A stretch of DNA of 64,000 bases from Octopus sinensis (lineage: Eukaryota). Position numbers and translations under genes: made by a program. Numbering within the stretch: position 1 is the first letter of the stretch; each line of letters begins with the position of its first letter. Below the pieces are notes generated by a model that made no database searches, was not told the origin of the DNA, and saw only the letters and a list, made by a program, of their open reading frames with translations. Of this stretch, positions 24,180 to 38,459 are shown one piece after another. The stretch spans positions 86,738,001 through 86,802,000 of the forward strand of contig NC_042998.1 in assembly GCF_006345805.1 (NCBI RefSeq), read 5' to 3'.

Positions 24180-26113
24180 GTACGTATGTTCTTGAGTTTA
24201 ATTTGAATGAATGTAACCTGATATAAGCATGGGATGAAATTTAGTATTGTATAAATAAACTTCAAATCTGTTGCTATCCCCTTCATATTTTATACATTAT
24301 CCTTTAACATAGCTTACTGTCATTTAAAAATATGGTAAACAAGTTTTCCAATTTTAACATATAGAGTGCAGTGCAGTGAGATAACGGAGTTCACTTTGTT
24401 ATCACACAGTCTTAAGTGGTATCTCAACTTTACCCATAGGTATAGGAACCTACAAATTACATTAGTGGTCAGTTTTCTTTTGCTTCCACACACTGTGTGT
24501 CTTTCTAGGAAGCAACTTTTCCTAACACTCTCCTAAGGTCACACAAGCTTCATTTTTGTCATTCTGCTACTACCACTAAACTTCTGACTACTACTATAAC
24601 CTCGTACACTGACCCTGCATGTGAATAAAAGCTGTGAACAATATTCTTCTTTTCCATGTTGATTATTACACTTGTTATTACACAGAGTTTGAACAATTTA
24701 ACCATAACATAACTTATTACAGTTGTGTTTCGGGGTTATTACTTTCCTGCATCTGCATTTATCACTCTTTGATACACTCTGTCTCGCCAGGTTTGTTGAG
24801 GGATGGCAAGACATCACAGGATGCATGATTCGTAAAACTTAGTTGTGATGTACTCTATTTTGATATTTCATCCCAACTCATCTCTCTGTCAGTTAGGTAC
24901 TTTTCCTCTCTTGTCATTTGTCCATGTTGAGAAGCTCTCTTTGAAAAACATTCAAAGAATAAATAAAAGAAAAGAAAAATGGCAGTGATATTTGTTGATG
25001 CTAATAAATTGTCCCATATCTCTGCACTTTCAAAGACAACTGGGCTAAAATATCTTTACTTGAAAAACAAGTAAGGTTTAACAACAGGAATTGCATCTGA
25101 CTGTAAAAATAGTTCCTCAATAAATATTGAATCCATGTGAGACTGGAAAAGCAAACATAAAATGAAGAAATGAAGAAACAAATGTTCAATTCAACAGATC
25201 ATATCTTTATATGTATGGTACAGGATTGAAGCATATTAAATTTGAAATCTAATAGTTGTAAAATACCACATGGCACATATGTATATAGGTGAAAGCCATG
25301 AGTATTCAGGGCTGGTTACAGGATTTCTGTAATGTGTTTCTTCTTAAACTTCTAACAGATCTTTTTGAAGAGTGTCATTTTGTTAAAATATACTTACAAA
25401 TTTTCTTGTGTGCATTTTCACTAAGTTTTGCTATGAGCTCAGAGGAATTGTTTTATCTATCCAGCCAGTATTTAAAGCAATTAAAATTTAATTATTATCA
25501 AAATATAGAGATAAAAAGGGCACATGGTATACTTTGTGATGTCCTAGTTCAGTGGCCTATTATTTTGAACCTCTTGAATTATGATGAAGTCAACTAATAG
25601 GATTTTACTTCAGGCTTTATATTTCTCAATATTATAATGATAATGAAGGGAGAGGAGAGGAAGTCTTTGAAGTCAAAGCTGAACTTAGCAACAATGACAA
25701 TAATGAAGATGTTGATAGCAACAATGATGATGACAACAATGATAAGAGATTAAAATTTTTTCGAAAATGAATTACATACTTTGATATTTTTGTGGTTGGT
25801 CTCAGGTTCAGTCACAATGCATGGCATCTTGAGCAAATGTCTTCTACTATAGCATCAGGTTTACCAATGCCTTGTGAAATTCCGTCAGTGGAAACTGTGT
25901 GGAAGCCCATCGTGTGTGTGCATGCGCGTTTGTTGTCCCCTCACTGCTTGACAACTGGTATTGGTTTGTTTATGTCTAACTTACCAGTTTTTTTTTGGGG
26001 GGGGGAGTAAACGATAGAATAAATACCAAACTTGAAAAAATAAGTAATAGAGTCAATTTTTTTTTATCAGACCCTTGAAGGTGGTGCCCCTTATTTATTT
26101 ATGAATTTTCCAG

Positions 26114-26269
26114 ATTGTTGCTGAAGATAAAGCTTCATCTAAAACCAGTGAAGCTAATGTTACTCTGGAAATATTGCCTGTGGATGAATTTCTTCCCCAA
26201 TTTTCTCAGCAAAGATATCAAGTAAATGTCTCTGAAGAAAAAACTGTTGCTAATCTGATCACCATAACA
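26114..26269 (+). CDS. Cadherin exon (IVAEDKASSKTSEANVTLEILPVDEFLPQF...ITIT), phase 0-0
   Basis: cAG/GTaagt boundaries, 156 nt open. Confidence 0.92.
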
Positions 26270-28021
26270 GTAAGTATGAAATAATTTCCCTTTAAATATT
26301 TAAGACAAATTGTTAATAATTCTGTAATTTTATAGACTCTTAACATCATCTTTAAAATGCATATATACAGTCTTTATATCTCTACCATGTTTTTAATTGT
26401 TTGATCACTGATCATCTCAGGTACATTTTCTCGGATATGTACATACTGACCACTGTACATGCAGCAATAGCCTATGGATAAGGACTTTATCCTGAGCTTA
26501 GGAAAAATGGTTTTGAATCAAATCTAGCATGGTATCATGCATATATCAAGTGGTATGATAAATGATTATGAGCAGAAAGCAGTCTAATCAGAACATTGTG
26601 TACATATAAAAATATACAACTAAATAAGAAAATGTATAATCGTATTAAATTCACTTTATTTTCAATCACAATTATTCATGAGGCCAATTCAGGCTCTTTT
26701 GTATTAATGTGATCAGAGATGCATTTTCTGTTGTATAAAAAGTTGTCTTTAGTTTTTCCCATGGTCGGATTTGAATTTATAATTGTAGTCATTTCTAAAT
26801 TTCTATCTAACCAACAGTAGTTAGATAACTATCACAACCATTTTGTGCTGGTTTATCCATATTTGTATGAGTTAGAAGTGTTTTCCACAGTACAAAATTT
26901 CCCTCTTGTTTTAGTTCTTTATTGTCCCCTTGGTGAGCGGTTCCGTCACTTGAGATCGATCAACAAATTGTAGATCATGTATAATTGGACCTTACTTTGC
27001 ATTTTGAAGATCTGTAGGGTCAAATGAGTGTGCTGGGGTTGCTTAGGTTTAATTTTTGGATGCTGATAAATGAAGTTACACAGTACCATGAGATGGTCTT
27101 GGAAAGAAATGCTTTTCAATTGCAGTAGTACTAGCATGGTTGTTTAACACAGAATCCAGAGAACTTTGCTGTGTCTTGTTGATTTGGCTATAAGATGAGG
27201 CAGAAAAAAAATGTTCTTAATGTTGAAAAGTGTCTTTTTTTATGCTTTATCCAGGGTCAAGATGCAAATTCTATATTCCAAAAATATTTATAGATTCTTT
27301 CACATACTTGTTCTTTCCCTTGCTCACTCCCTTACTTCCTTCCTCCTTCCCTCCCCCCTTTTTTTAATTCTGTGGAGGAGTGAAGGGAGACATCAGAATC
27401 GGAAGCAAGGGAAAAAGAGTGATGTCAGGACTGGAAGTGAGAGGAAATGGCATCATGTCAAAAGTGAGACATTTGAAAAGCTACTTTCTTCATCAAGATG
27501 TTGATGGGGACAGACATGTGGAAGGGATCTCAGAGGGAGAGTAGTTTCTGGCCAGGAGTTGGGGTAGTGTACACATGTAGGTATGGCCAATGAATTCCAC
27601 TGATCCTTGTGAAGTGAAACTTGATACACTTTTCTGATTTTCTTTTGAGGTAAGAACATTCTAATTTTTTCCTTTCCTTCTAAGAATTTGCAATTTATTT
27701 ATCAACAATAATATTACATACCCACATCCATAGATATGTATACGTGTATGTCAACATGACCAAACAGTCTGAGCTGACATTCCTGAATCATATAAGTAAT
27801 AGATTGCATCACAGTTTCTGTGTATAGCCCTTGGTTGGATATAAAATTCAACCAGTGGACCCATAATCTTGCAAAGTGTCCTGGTACCAAAGGAATTCAG
27901 GCTGCTCCTTCTAGTTTTAAGCCCCAAAATTCATCATTAATTAATTCATAGTATAATATCTTAGTTAATATTTTCAGTTATTTTAATTTTAGTTTCATGG
28001 AAATATTTATTTATATTTTAG

Positions 28022-28083
28022 GCTACTGATGATGATTCAGGCAAAGATGGAGAAGTGACTTATGCAATATTTGGTGACAATAA
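28022..28083 (+). CDS. Cadherin exon (ATDDDSGKDGEVTYAIFGDN), phase 0-2
   Basis: tAG/GTgagt boundaries, 62 nt, ATDxD-G-xG motif. Confidence 0.92.
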
Positions 28084-28916
28084 GTGAGTAAAAAATATTC
28101 AGATTGTGATTTTATTTGTATATGAAAGTTGAAATTGTATCTAATTGCTGGTTCCTTTCTTTGTATCTTACATTTAGCATTGCTTTATATCATAAATTTT
28201 AATTTGTTGATTACATTATAAAGTAAAATGCTAGACATATACTTATAGATGCATGAAAAATCAATCTTTCTTTCAATTAAACAAAAACATAATTATTACA
28301 TAGCAATGAAATATTATCATAACACCTCCTATAAAGAAAAAGAAAAGTGTATAGCACACAACTAGAATTTTCAAATATGCTCCAAATACTAGGCCTTGCT
28401 ATCTCTGAGGTAGGGTAGGTTTTCCTTGTCAAAAACACATACTCAATATAGTAAAGATTGCATCAAAAAGACTGACCTTCCCTTTCAGGCACCCCTGCCA
28501 AAAAAAAGAAAATACTTCATTCTCCAAAAATTATTTACCTCGTACTAAGTTGAAGAAAACCTCACAACTGTGTGTTATGCCTATATTGGATTACATAATT
28601 TTTAAAAAAAATATTTTACTTAATTTTTATGTCTTAAGTTCAAATCTTGCCAAAATGAATTGTACCATTCTTTCTCTGGGGTTGGTAAAATACGTTGTAG
28701 TCATGTTTAAATGAATTCAAATATATGTGTATGCAATCTTCATGCATAATGCGTTGTAGTGACATGGTTAACAATGAAACCTTCATTTTGTAATTATATT
28801 TTTGTTTTGAAGTATATTGTCTTAGAAATAGTTGACTAAGCTATTCAGTTTCACTTATTTTTGCTTTTTCTAGTTTTGTATATACTTATGTCTTCTCATT
28901 TTCTCTTCTGAAACAG

Positions 28917-29154
28917 TTTCACTATAGACAGCAAAAGTGGTACTATATCAGTCTTAAAGAAGTTGGATTATGAAAAAGTAACTTTTTATAGTTTACTTGT
29001 TGAAGCCACTGATGGAGGTAATCGAAAAGCGACTGTTGATTTAGATGTTTTTGTGAAGGGCATTAATGATAATGCCCCTATATTCAGACCAAAATTCTAT
29101 ACTGGACTTCTGAAAGAGGGCAAAACCAGTTTTGAGTATGAAATCACTGTTCAA
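28917..29154 (+). CDS. Cadherin exon (FTIDSKSGTI...LDYEK...ATDGG...GINDNAPIF...ITVQ), phase 2-0
   Basis: cAG/GTaagt boundaries, 238 nt. LDYE, ATDGG and NDNAPxF motifs. Confidence 0.95.
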
Positions 29155-29748
29155 GTAAGTTATTCATTGTCTGTATTTTATTCCATTGTCTTGACGTGTT
29201 TGCATGAAATAGATTTCACCGTAGGCTCATATAATTACAGAAATTATTCTTGTCAACACTTTTTAGCATTCAGCTTTTTATCCAATGGATTAAACCAGGC
29301 CTTATTTCTTTTTCTGTATTTTTTATTGTTGTTTGTGATGAGAGAAAACTAGGTTCTTGCATATAATTGCTTGAAAAACACAGTAATGTATTCTATACCC
29401 TCTATACATAGCAAAATCTGCACCGGAGATTAAAATATAATCTAGAACAATCTGCCATTTAACTAAATTATTATAACATCTATGATGAAACAATCTTTTC
29501 TTTAGTCAAGAGATCCTTCTACAATGATAAACTTCAAATTGAACAAAAATAATAAAAATTCCATAAGACCTATAAAAGTCAGTTCATCGCATAAACTTAA
29601 AATCTTTCTAAATGATATGAACCAAATGAAAAATAGATGTAATTATTAAAATAAGTAATCTATTCCTCTGGATAATCAGTGTGCAAGTTAAATACATTGT
29701 ATATCAGACAAATACAATTGAGAACAGAATTTGCTGTACTGTATTAGA

Positions 29749-30959
29749 CAGGGTGTTTGTGGGTAAATTTGACAGCTTGCACAAAAGGAAAACAAAACAA
29801 AATATCTCATCTAAAAATAAAACTATTTAAAAAAAATCTAAAAATATCAACTAGATTATAACTGCAAGATAACAGTTTATACAAAGTAGTCACTCTTAGC
29901 TTCCAGCACAGCCTCAAAGTGACTCCAGAACCTGGTGCATGCATTCCTCACTGTGTCCCTGTGAAGATCTTCAAATACCACCTTCATCTTGGCCACCAGC
30001 TCAGCCTTGATGTTGCAGGCAGAGTGGTTAGTGTTTTTCACAATCATGCTCTGTGAGATTACATATGGGAGGAATTAGTTGACAGGAAATTGGGGCTGTT
30101 GATGTAGAAAATCTCTGACAACCACTTCTGACTCTTTCTGGAGGTATGGCAGGGAGCTGAAATCTACTACCATAACATATGGCCTTCCAGCAGCAACACT
30201 CTCTAGCCAGGCTTTGCCCACTGTCTCCAGTAGCTTTACATAGCTGTCTGAATTGAGCCTAAGGCCTTGTTCAGAGAAGTGGGTTGGCATGATGTCACCC
30301 TCACTGAAGATACACCCAAAGACCATCAAAGTTTAGAGGAACTGGTTTTCATATGTAGAATATCACATGAATTGTAGGCAAGATACCTGGTGTTCTGGAT
30401 GTTGTGTAACTAGTTTTGGCAGAAGTTCTTTCCATCTGAGGAGAACCAGATCATCCCTGGCTCAACATGATACCTCAGCGTTTTCAGGAGCTTTTTTGCC
30501 TTTGTCGGGCAGTTCTTGGTGGTGAGTCTAATGCCCATTTCTCTTGCCAAAGCTCTCATTCTTTTGCTTAGATGTTCTATCATCTAGTCCGGTAGTTTGG
30601 GGATTAATCACGGAATGCAGACACAATCAAAATGCCTGTTGTGTCCCTTCCTACTGACCACAACTTTGTAGTCTTTGTTGCAACTGTCCATGTCACATCT
30701 TACAGCCTTTACAGTGTTCACAGAGCATTGGGCAACAGTCATAGTATCAGCATTTTCTTACTTGGTGTGGACCATCATGATACAGGTAACTTTTTCCAAT
30801 ATTCAGAAAGCGTCCAGTCCTCTGTGTCAGTTATCTTTTTCTCAACTACAGCTTTAATCTGAATGCTCTCTCCAACACCAATGACTGTTCACCAATACAT
30901 CAAGATGTTCCTGATAAAAGGAGATATAAAAAGTGTCAAATTTAGCCCAAACATCCTGT
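29749..30959 (-). mobile_element. Decayed DD37D (maT-type) Tc1/mariner-superfamily transposon
   Basis: TIRs CAGGGTGTTTGTGGGTAAATTTGAC and GTCAAATTTAGCCCAAACATCCTG. ORF 30075..30329 reads MVFGCIFSEGDIMPTHF...VAAGRPYV. Confidence 0.8.
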
Positions 30960-32621
30960 GCATAGGCTTAAAAAAACCCACAAATTTAAGAGCTGACCAT
31001 GCCAACAATGAGCTCATTCAAGAGCCATCACAAAGAAAATTATGCATCATTCTGAAAACAAATTTGGCAAAGAAAAGATATGGGTGAGTGTATTGATATT
31101 GTATAAACTCTCTTGGGCAGATCAAAATGCTGCTGTTAATGTTTAACTGAGAAATATCATATTGTAAACTACCCAACCCAGTATTGAAAAACAGAGCCAA
31201 TGATAATTTTGGTCAACGAAGGCAGGATTGGCAGTAATGTTTATATGCATCCACTACTGGTTGAATATTTTTCCCTTTTTACGTATTCCCAATATTACAG
31301 TTATTATATAATTCCAAGCTCCTAGCAGCAGCTGTCAGACCTGAAATACCAAGCCTCCTCCCCTTAGTTTTATGTACCTTTTATACTTCATGTAAATTTG
31401 TTTTGTAAATATACAAGTATTTATGTTCTTATACACTAATGTTCATCTTCTGAATATATATACGTGTATATATATCTATAAGCATGTATGTATATCTCTA
31501 TAAATACAGTCATCGATGTGTGGGCTTGTATGTGGTGTGTGTCTCTCTCTACACATACACATATAGGCATTCATGCAAGGTCAAAATCATACATAACTAC
31601 ATCCAGTGGGAGCAGACAACTAAGTCTGTATGTATAAATTTGTATGTAAGTATTTGTCATAGCACTAGTATTAGTGTGAACCCAAATAGTGATTAATGTG
31701 CAAGCAGACATAAGTGTGTCTGTGCTCTCGCATGTGTGTATATATGTATATATGCCTGTATGTGTGTGTGTATGTTTATAACTATATATGTATATGTGGA
31801 TGCATACACATCTATATGCCTATTGATGTAAAGAAATATTGATAAGTCTGTGTATGTATGTGAAATGGTGCACATGCATGTATAAATGTGTGTGTGCGCA
31901 TGTGTGAGTGAGTATATATTTGTAAATAGGCGTATGTTGGGATATAGATGTGTGCCAAATAGTAAGTGTTATGACCTTACCACCACCCGGAATGATGTCT
32001 GGCCATATGATGTCATGTTGGCAAGGACGGCTAACTATCAAAGGAATTATTACCACCAGCTCATTTACAGAATAGCAAGACAGATATTGACACACTTAAT
32101 GGATTTGTTTTATTTTAATTTATTGTATACTTTATTTTCCTTAATCTTTACATTGTATTATTTTCTTAATTACATCCTGTTTGTATCCACAGCTTAGCAC
32201 TTGATTTATTCTTTGTAGTTCCTACTCAATGTATCTTAGATATGACTGCTATCAACATGCTCTAGTTGATATGAAGAGTGAAATATTACTTATGTAATGA
32301 GAAACTGTGTTGCATCACCTAAAGAGATACTTCTGCCCCATGTGGTGCATCATATTTCATTGTATAGTCTCCCAGCTGTATAGGAGAGTTGCATGATGTG
32401 TTGAAACGATCATTGTGACAATAAAGTTTCTAGTATATTCTATCTTTTGCTTCTATTGTTTTTACTGAGGAATTTCTGACATAGAGCCAGCAATGATTGT
32501 GCAATTATCATGGAGGGCACCAGGTAGCCATAGGCAGTGAACATTCTTTATCGGCATCCTACTAGAGACACAGGAAACACATAAAGTTTAAATTTTGAAT
32601 TTAAATTTAATCTTTACTTTT

Positions 32622-32688
<67 letters not shown>

Positions 32689-34035
32689 GTATGTATATGC
32701 ATTCACTTTGAAAATGTCATAAATGATAGACCCTTGAGGAAATTGCAACAACAAGGATGCATAATTGCATACAGAGCAATGTGCAGTTTCTGCAGTAGAG
32801 ACATATGTAGGTCATGGTTATATAATTTCTTGAAACTTATTGATATTTGAATTCTTGACTATGAACTTTAGAGCCTTCCATTCTTGCCAGTGTAATATAA
32901 TTTGCATATGAGCTTTGAAAATATATTAAAAAATAAAAGAAATTCTCTTCCTTTTTTAATCTTTCAAATTACTATTATGTAGGATTTCATTATGAAGGAA
33001 ACCATCCTGATGTGGGGAGGGCATTATGTTTCTGTATATGAAACACTTTAAACGCCATTTATACATTTAATGTATCCCTAAAATTTACCTGAATTTATAT
33101 ATTTTTACCAAATTTATTTATCCCTGAATTAAACAATTTTGAACTCTTATCCAACAATTCACATAAACATCAAATTCTTAATTGATTGGAACTATTCCTT
33201 TTGGAAGCTTTTACCTTGGAGCTTTGTCTCTTTATTTGTCACTTCTCCATTTGGTACCTGAACCCAACGTACATAATGCATGGTTTTTACATGTAATTTT
33301 ATTCACTTATTTATATAAATTTATATGTATATTTATTTACTGTGTGCTTTAAATTATACTTTGAAATTTTTATTGATTACTTAGATGTGTTACTTCTATA
33401 ATTTCTCTTATCCTTTGATTTAGCTCGCAATGAGCACTTCTTAATACAGCCCATATATTGTGAAGCATGCTTAAAAACATATTTTATAAGAAAATTTAAC
33501 TTAAAATATATATATACTACACTCATGGAGTAGTTGGCGTTAGGAAGGGCATCCAGCTGTAGAAACACTGCCAAATCAGACTAGAGACTGGTGCAGCCTC
33601 CATGGCTTACCAGACTCCGGTCGAACCGTCCAACCCATGCTAGCATGGAAAACGGACGTTAAATGATGATGATGATGATAATCATCATCATCATCATTGT
33701 TTAATGTCCGCATTCCATGGTGGCATGAGTTGGATGGTTTGACTGAGGGCTTGCCAGCCACAAGGCTGCACCAGGCTCCAGTCCAATCTGGCAATGTTTT
33801 TACAGCTGGATGCCCCTCCTAACACTAACCAATCCTAGAGTATAGCAGATTCTTTTTATGTGCCACTGGCTCAAGGGCCAGTCAGGTGATATTGGCATTG
33901 GCCATGCTTGAATGGTGCCTTTACATGCCACCAGCATGGGAGCCAGTCAGGCGGCACTGGCAACGACCACACTCGAATGGTGCTTTTACATGCCACCAGC
34001 ACAGGAGCCAGTCAGATACAAATCTTACGTAATGA

Positions 34036-34820
34036 GGAGAGGTCAATTCATGTCAGAAAAAACAAAAGAAAACTGTTTGATCAGATCCAAAAGGCTTTTG
34101 AACAAACTTAAAATCCATCAGAAGATGGTGTGATTTGGTTTTTCTCATATAAGAAAAACTTTGACCAAGACCAGAAAACTAACAGAAGAAATGACAGATG
34201 GCTATATGCAAACCCTTCTGAGGTTTCAAGAGTAATGCACACAAAATTTCTTGTAAGTGTCATGGTTTTGGGTGTTGTTTGCAATGAAGGACATGTGATG
34301 CCTCCTCACTTTTTTCCACAAGGCCTTATGGTTAATGCTGCTGTGTATATTGAAGTTCTGGATAAAGTTGTTAATTCCTTGGGTCAAAAGTGTATGCAAT
34401 GGAAGGCCTTATGTCTTTCAGCAAGATTCTGCATCATCACACAAGGCTCAAATGACACAAGAATTGATGGCCAACAATTTGCATGATCACATCACTCCCA
34501 CCATTTAAACTCCTAATTCTCCAGATCTCAATCTGCTGGAGTATTGTTGACAAAAATCTCAATGAACACCTCCATAGGACTTAAAATTCTTTGAAAGGTG
34601 CCATAGTTTGAGTCATGTCTGATATGAACAGGGACAACTTAATCCGAGCTTGTAAATGATTTTGACTCCACGTAGAGACACTTATTGATGCTTATGGTGG
34701 TTTTATTAGATGAAATTATTAAATTGATAAGTTAGCTTTATGTTGATGTTATTTTCATAAAAATACAATTTTTTTCTGTTACCAATTTTAAAACCACAAA
34801 ATCTGTCCTCAAATACTATC
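34036..34820 (+). mobile_element. DD37D (maT-type) transposase 3' fragment
   Basis: WFFSYKKNFDQDQKTNRRNDRWL...VMVLGVVCNEGHVMPPHFF in ORF 34130..34486. Confidence 0.8.
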
Positions 34821-34987
34821 TACATGCACATGCACACACACACATGCTGGTTTTCCTCTTCTAAAGTGGTTGTAACTCATGAGACAGATCAGTTTTGGGG
34901 AATTCTCTATTGTAATTATTATGTATTAATTTTGTAAAAGTGGTTAGTTTGAAGGGTAATTTCTTGTTGATTTCTCTTTCACTATAG

Positions 34988-35221
34988 GCAACTGATGCTG
35001 ATAAAGAGAATTCAGGTAATTCTCAAGTAAAATATTCAATAGTAAATGCTAGTCAAGTCCTTTCAAACAGTTTTTCCATAAATGCACAAAATGGAATTAT
35101 TACTCCATCAAATATAGATTATGAAAGCCTGACTGATAATGTCATCCAGTTAGTAGTCAAAGCTGAAGATAATGGTAAACCAGTCAAGGAAGATACTGCT
35201 GTTGTTAATATCACTGTATTG
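34988..35221 (+). CDS. Cadherin exon (ATDADKENSGNSQVKYSIV...IDYE...AEDNGKP...VNITVL), phase 0-0
   Basis: tAG/GTgagt boundaries, 234 nt. Last cadherin repeat, with no following DxNDN linker. Confidence 0.95.
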
Positions 35222-35339
35222 GTGAGTACTAAAAATCTAATATTTCTAACATTTTGACATTGTAAAAATATTGAATTAAGGGTAAAGTCGTTAATTATAT
35301 TAAATCAGGATTGAATCTTGTACTTTGGTGATGGAGCTA

Positions 35340-36960
35340 TATTTGTATACTCAATAAGGCTGCTTTTTGTAAGACATCAATCTTGCATGGGATTTCCAGT
35401 TGCCTTAAGATTTCCAGTTGCCTTAAGAAGTTTTGACTTTTAATGGGATTGAGCCCAATGCTCCAATCACCACTGGTATCACTTTTACATTATCCTCTCA
35501 TTCCATACAGTTTTGTCATATCCACTTTCAATTTGGAGTATTTGGTGATTTTTTGCAACATCTTTACTCACAACATTCATGTCATTTGGTATGGCTACAT
35601 CAATGATCTGATAGTATTTGTCTCTCTTATTCAATATGACAATATCCGGCTGACGGTGTTCGATTACATGATCCATCTGAAAATCATAGTCCCAGAGTAT
35701 CATTACTTTTCCATCCTCCTGCATAACTTTACTTGATACATGCTCACACCAGTTCTCTGTTACTTCATATTGGTATTTACAGTATAAGAGCCAATGAAGA
35801 TACACACACACTTTATCATGGTGGCATTTGTATTCTTTTTGTGCAAGGCTTTCACATCCACTTACCAAGTGGGTCACATTTTCCACACTCTTTCCACAGA
35901 GTCTGCATTTCTGGGTGTCAGAAGTTTTGTAGATGTTATACTTCATTGAATTGGTAGCGAGAGCCTGATCTTATGCAGTAGTGATCAGGCTTCCAGTGGT
36001 ACGCTTCAAATCACCTCACTCAAGCCATGTTCACGATGCTGTATTATCCTTATTATCTTGTGTATTCCTTTCAAATTGTCCATGCATTCTCATTTCAAGA
36101 AGGTCTTCTTTTCTCTTCTCAGCTCTTTGCTTAAATTCATCTTTGCCCATCATTCATTGAATTTACACCCATATCTTTCATGGTATATTGCAGCAGGTCT
36201 TCATCACTATTTATGATATACTCAGCCAGCATTCTTCTTTTACTCCTTATACAATTTGGTTGGCACTCTGTCGGTTACGATGACAAGGGTTCCATTTGAT
36301 CTGATCAACAGAACAGCCTGCTTGTGAAATTAACGTGCAAGTGACTGAGCACTCCACAGACACGTGTACCCTTTATGTAGTTCTCAGGGAGATTCAGCAT
36401 GTCAGTGTGAGACAAGGCTAGCCCTTCAAAATACAGGTACAACAGAAACAGAACGAAAGAGTGAGAGAAAGTTGTGGTGAAAGAGTACAGCAGGGTTCAC
36501 CACCAACCCCTGCCGGAGCCTTGTGGAACTTTAAGTGTTTCTGCTCAATAAACACTCACAATGCCTGGTCTGGGAATTGAAACTATGACCGAGAGTCTGC
36601 TACCCTAACCACTGGGCCATTGCGCCTCCAACCTTATACAATGGGCTATACTAATTAGTCCTCTGCCACCACTCTTTCTTTTCATATACAGTCTGTTTTC
36701 ATTTACTTCAGGGTGTAGCGCCCCATGCAGTGTCATCAACTCTCGTCCTTCTATCCAGTGTTGATATTTCCTCCATAGTCCATTTGAGGATGGATGTACT
36801 ATATCTGACCACTGCAACTGCCCAGATATTCATTGCAGTAATCAAATTTTTGGCATTCAGGTTGGATTTCAACACCATCTTTACCCATTTTTGATACACC
36901 TCACTGACCTTGACTTTCATTTCTCTTTGTAGAATGTCTAAATTCCTAAACACCCATATC
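35340..36960 (-). mobile_element. R4/Dong-like (RLE) non-LTR retrotransposon remnant, interrupted by a SINE
   Basis: ORF 35485..35946 has CRLC...VTHLVSGC and ILWD...PDIV...IIDVAIPND (restriction-like endonuclease). Also GGRGLIS and MNIWAVAVVRYS. Confidence 0.85.
36266..36630 (-). mobile_element. tRNA-derived SINE (same family as 60684-61070)
   Basis: Reverse-complement match including the GGAGGCGCAATGGCCCAGTGGTTAGGG head. Confidence 0.85.
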
Positions 36961-37084
36961 TACTACCATCGGGTTCACTCATGGTTTCTTCTTATGTTTA
37001 TCACAATCCTCTGCAGGCTGCTTTTTACCCTCTTTCATACTAAGTACTGAGCATTTGGTGATCCTAAATTCCATACTGATGTTT

Positions 37085-37108
37085 ATTATTATTATTATTA
37101 TTATTATG

Positions 37109-37169
<61 letters not shown>

Positions 37170-37316
37170 TATGTTTGACTTTTGCTTTATATTTGTACAA
37201 GTTGGCTCCAAGTCTCACCCAGAGACCTCAAGAGACAACAGGTTGGAAGTTCACGTTGTTGTTGTGCCTAATGTGCCATATATCTGGGGGGGGGGGTTGT
37301 ACTAGTGAATGTCTAA

Positions 37317-37351
<35 letters not shown>

Positions 37352-37482
37352 ACAAAATAAAATTTAAAAAATAAATAAAATAAAAATTGTTTGTTTTAAA
37401 CCTTGAGATTACATAGAAAGTATTTTGCGTAGGATATGAGCAGTTCCCATGAGCACTATCTTTTGAATATTATTATTATTAC

Positions 37483-37548
<66 letters not shown>

Positions 37549-38170
37549 CTTTATTATTTACTTTTAATCTGCATGTTTGTTACAATCAGTTGTCAAGACA
37601 CACAGCATCCTGTGGGTGAGTGAAGTGGAAGTGATGTTACAGTATGACTGAAATCTTGGGGAGTGGGTGTAGCAGGGGCTGTAGCAAAATATCTCCATAT
37701 AATACAACACAGACATTTAAATAGATAGGGTTTTTCTGAGGATGTGGGCAGTACTTGTCAGCAAAATCTTTTGGATTTCTCTGAGACATGGTTTTCTTGG
37801 GATCATATCTAGATGTTTATCCACATGATAAACCATGCAATGTTCAAAACCCTTGTAATGGTATTCTCTGCTCCTAAGAGGCAAATCTTCTATAGAAGCT
37901 CTGCAGGAGATTCCATTCCAGTCTTCTTTATTCATTTGCAGTCTCTAATGCAGCAATTACCACAGTCACAATCTTTACAGATTTTTGATTTTTTTGTTGT
38001 TTTTGTTGCTGTTGTTGTTGTTAAGGCAGTTGATTGTCAAAATCATTACAGTGTCAGAGACAAAATCCTTGTGGTGTTTGTATTGGTGCTTTTACATTCA
38101 CAAGTTAAATCTTGTCCAGGCTACCTTTGCTGTTCATCTCTCCAGAAGCAATGTGATAAAGTACCAATGA
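37085..38170 (-). mobile_element. Two further R4/Dong-like 3' ends, each ending in an (AAT)n tail
   Basis: IQKILLTSTAHILRKTLSI* (~37720) and IQKIVLMGTAHILRKILSM* (~37410-37465). Each is followed by a 3' UTR and a (TAA)n tract (37465-37560 and 37085-37165). Confidence 0.75.
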
Positions 38171-38334
38171 AGTACAGGGATCAGTTCAATTAACTAATCC
38201 CCATCCAACAAATTGTTGGATTTCTGCCTCAGAAATTATTATTTAATTATTGATGTTGTTGTTATGTGGTTTTTTATGTTTATGTTTATTGGTCTGTAAA
38301 AATCCTTATTGATTGATATTTCTTGCTCTTCTAG

Positions 38335-38459
38335 CGACCTGAATCACCTGGAGCTGCCAACAGCAATGAAAAGAATTTCACAAGTATTACTACAGTCACT
38401 GTGGTGTTGGTTTTCATATTCATCATTACGATGCTTCTGTCTCATGCAGATAATCAGAG
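38335..38459 (+). CDS. Cadherin transmembrane exon (RPESPGAANSNEKNFTSITTVTVVLVFIFIITMLLSHADNQR), phase 0-2
   Basis: Polypyrimidine tract and tAG acceptor, in frame with the previous exon, 19-aa hydrophobic helix. Donor AG|GTtggt is likely but not certain. Confidence 0.75.

Noticed and set aside
3683-35221. Assignment to the expanded cephalopod protocadherin clusters
   Set aside because: The ectodomain is split over many small exons and the linker and tail motifs are CDH23/Cad87A-like rather than clustered-protocadherin-like. No gene symbol is assigned.
35391-35428. 18-bp tandem duplication GATTTCCAGTTGCCTTAA x2
   Set aside because: Local slippage inside a dead R4-like element, with no function evident.
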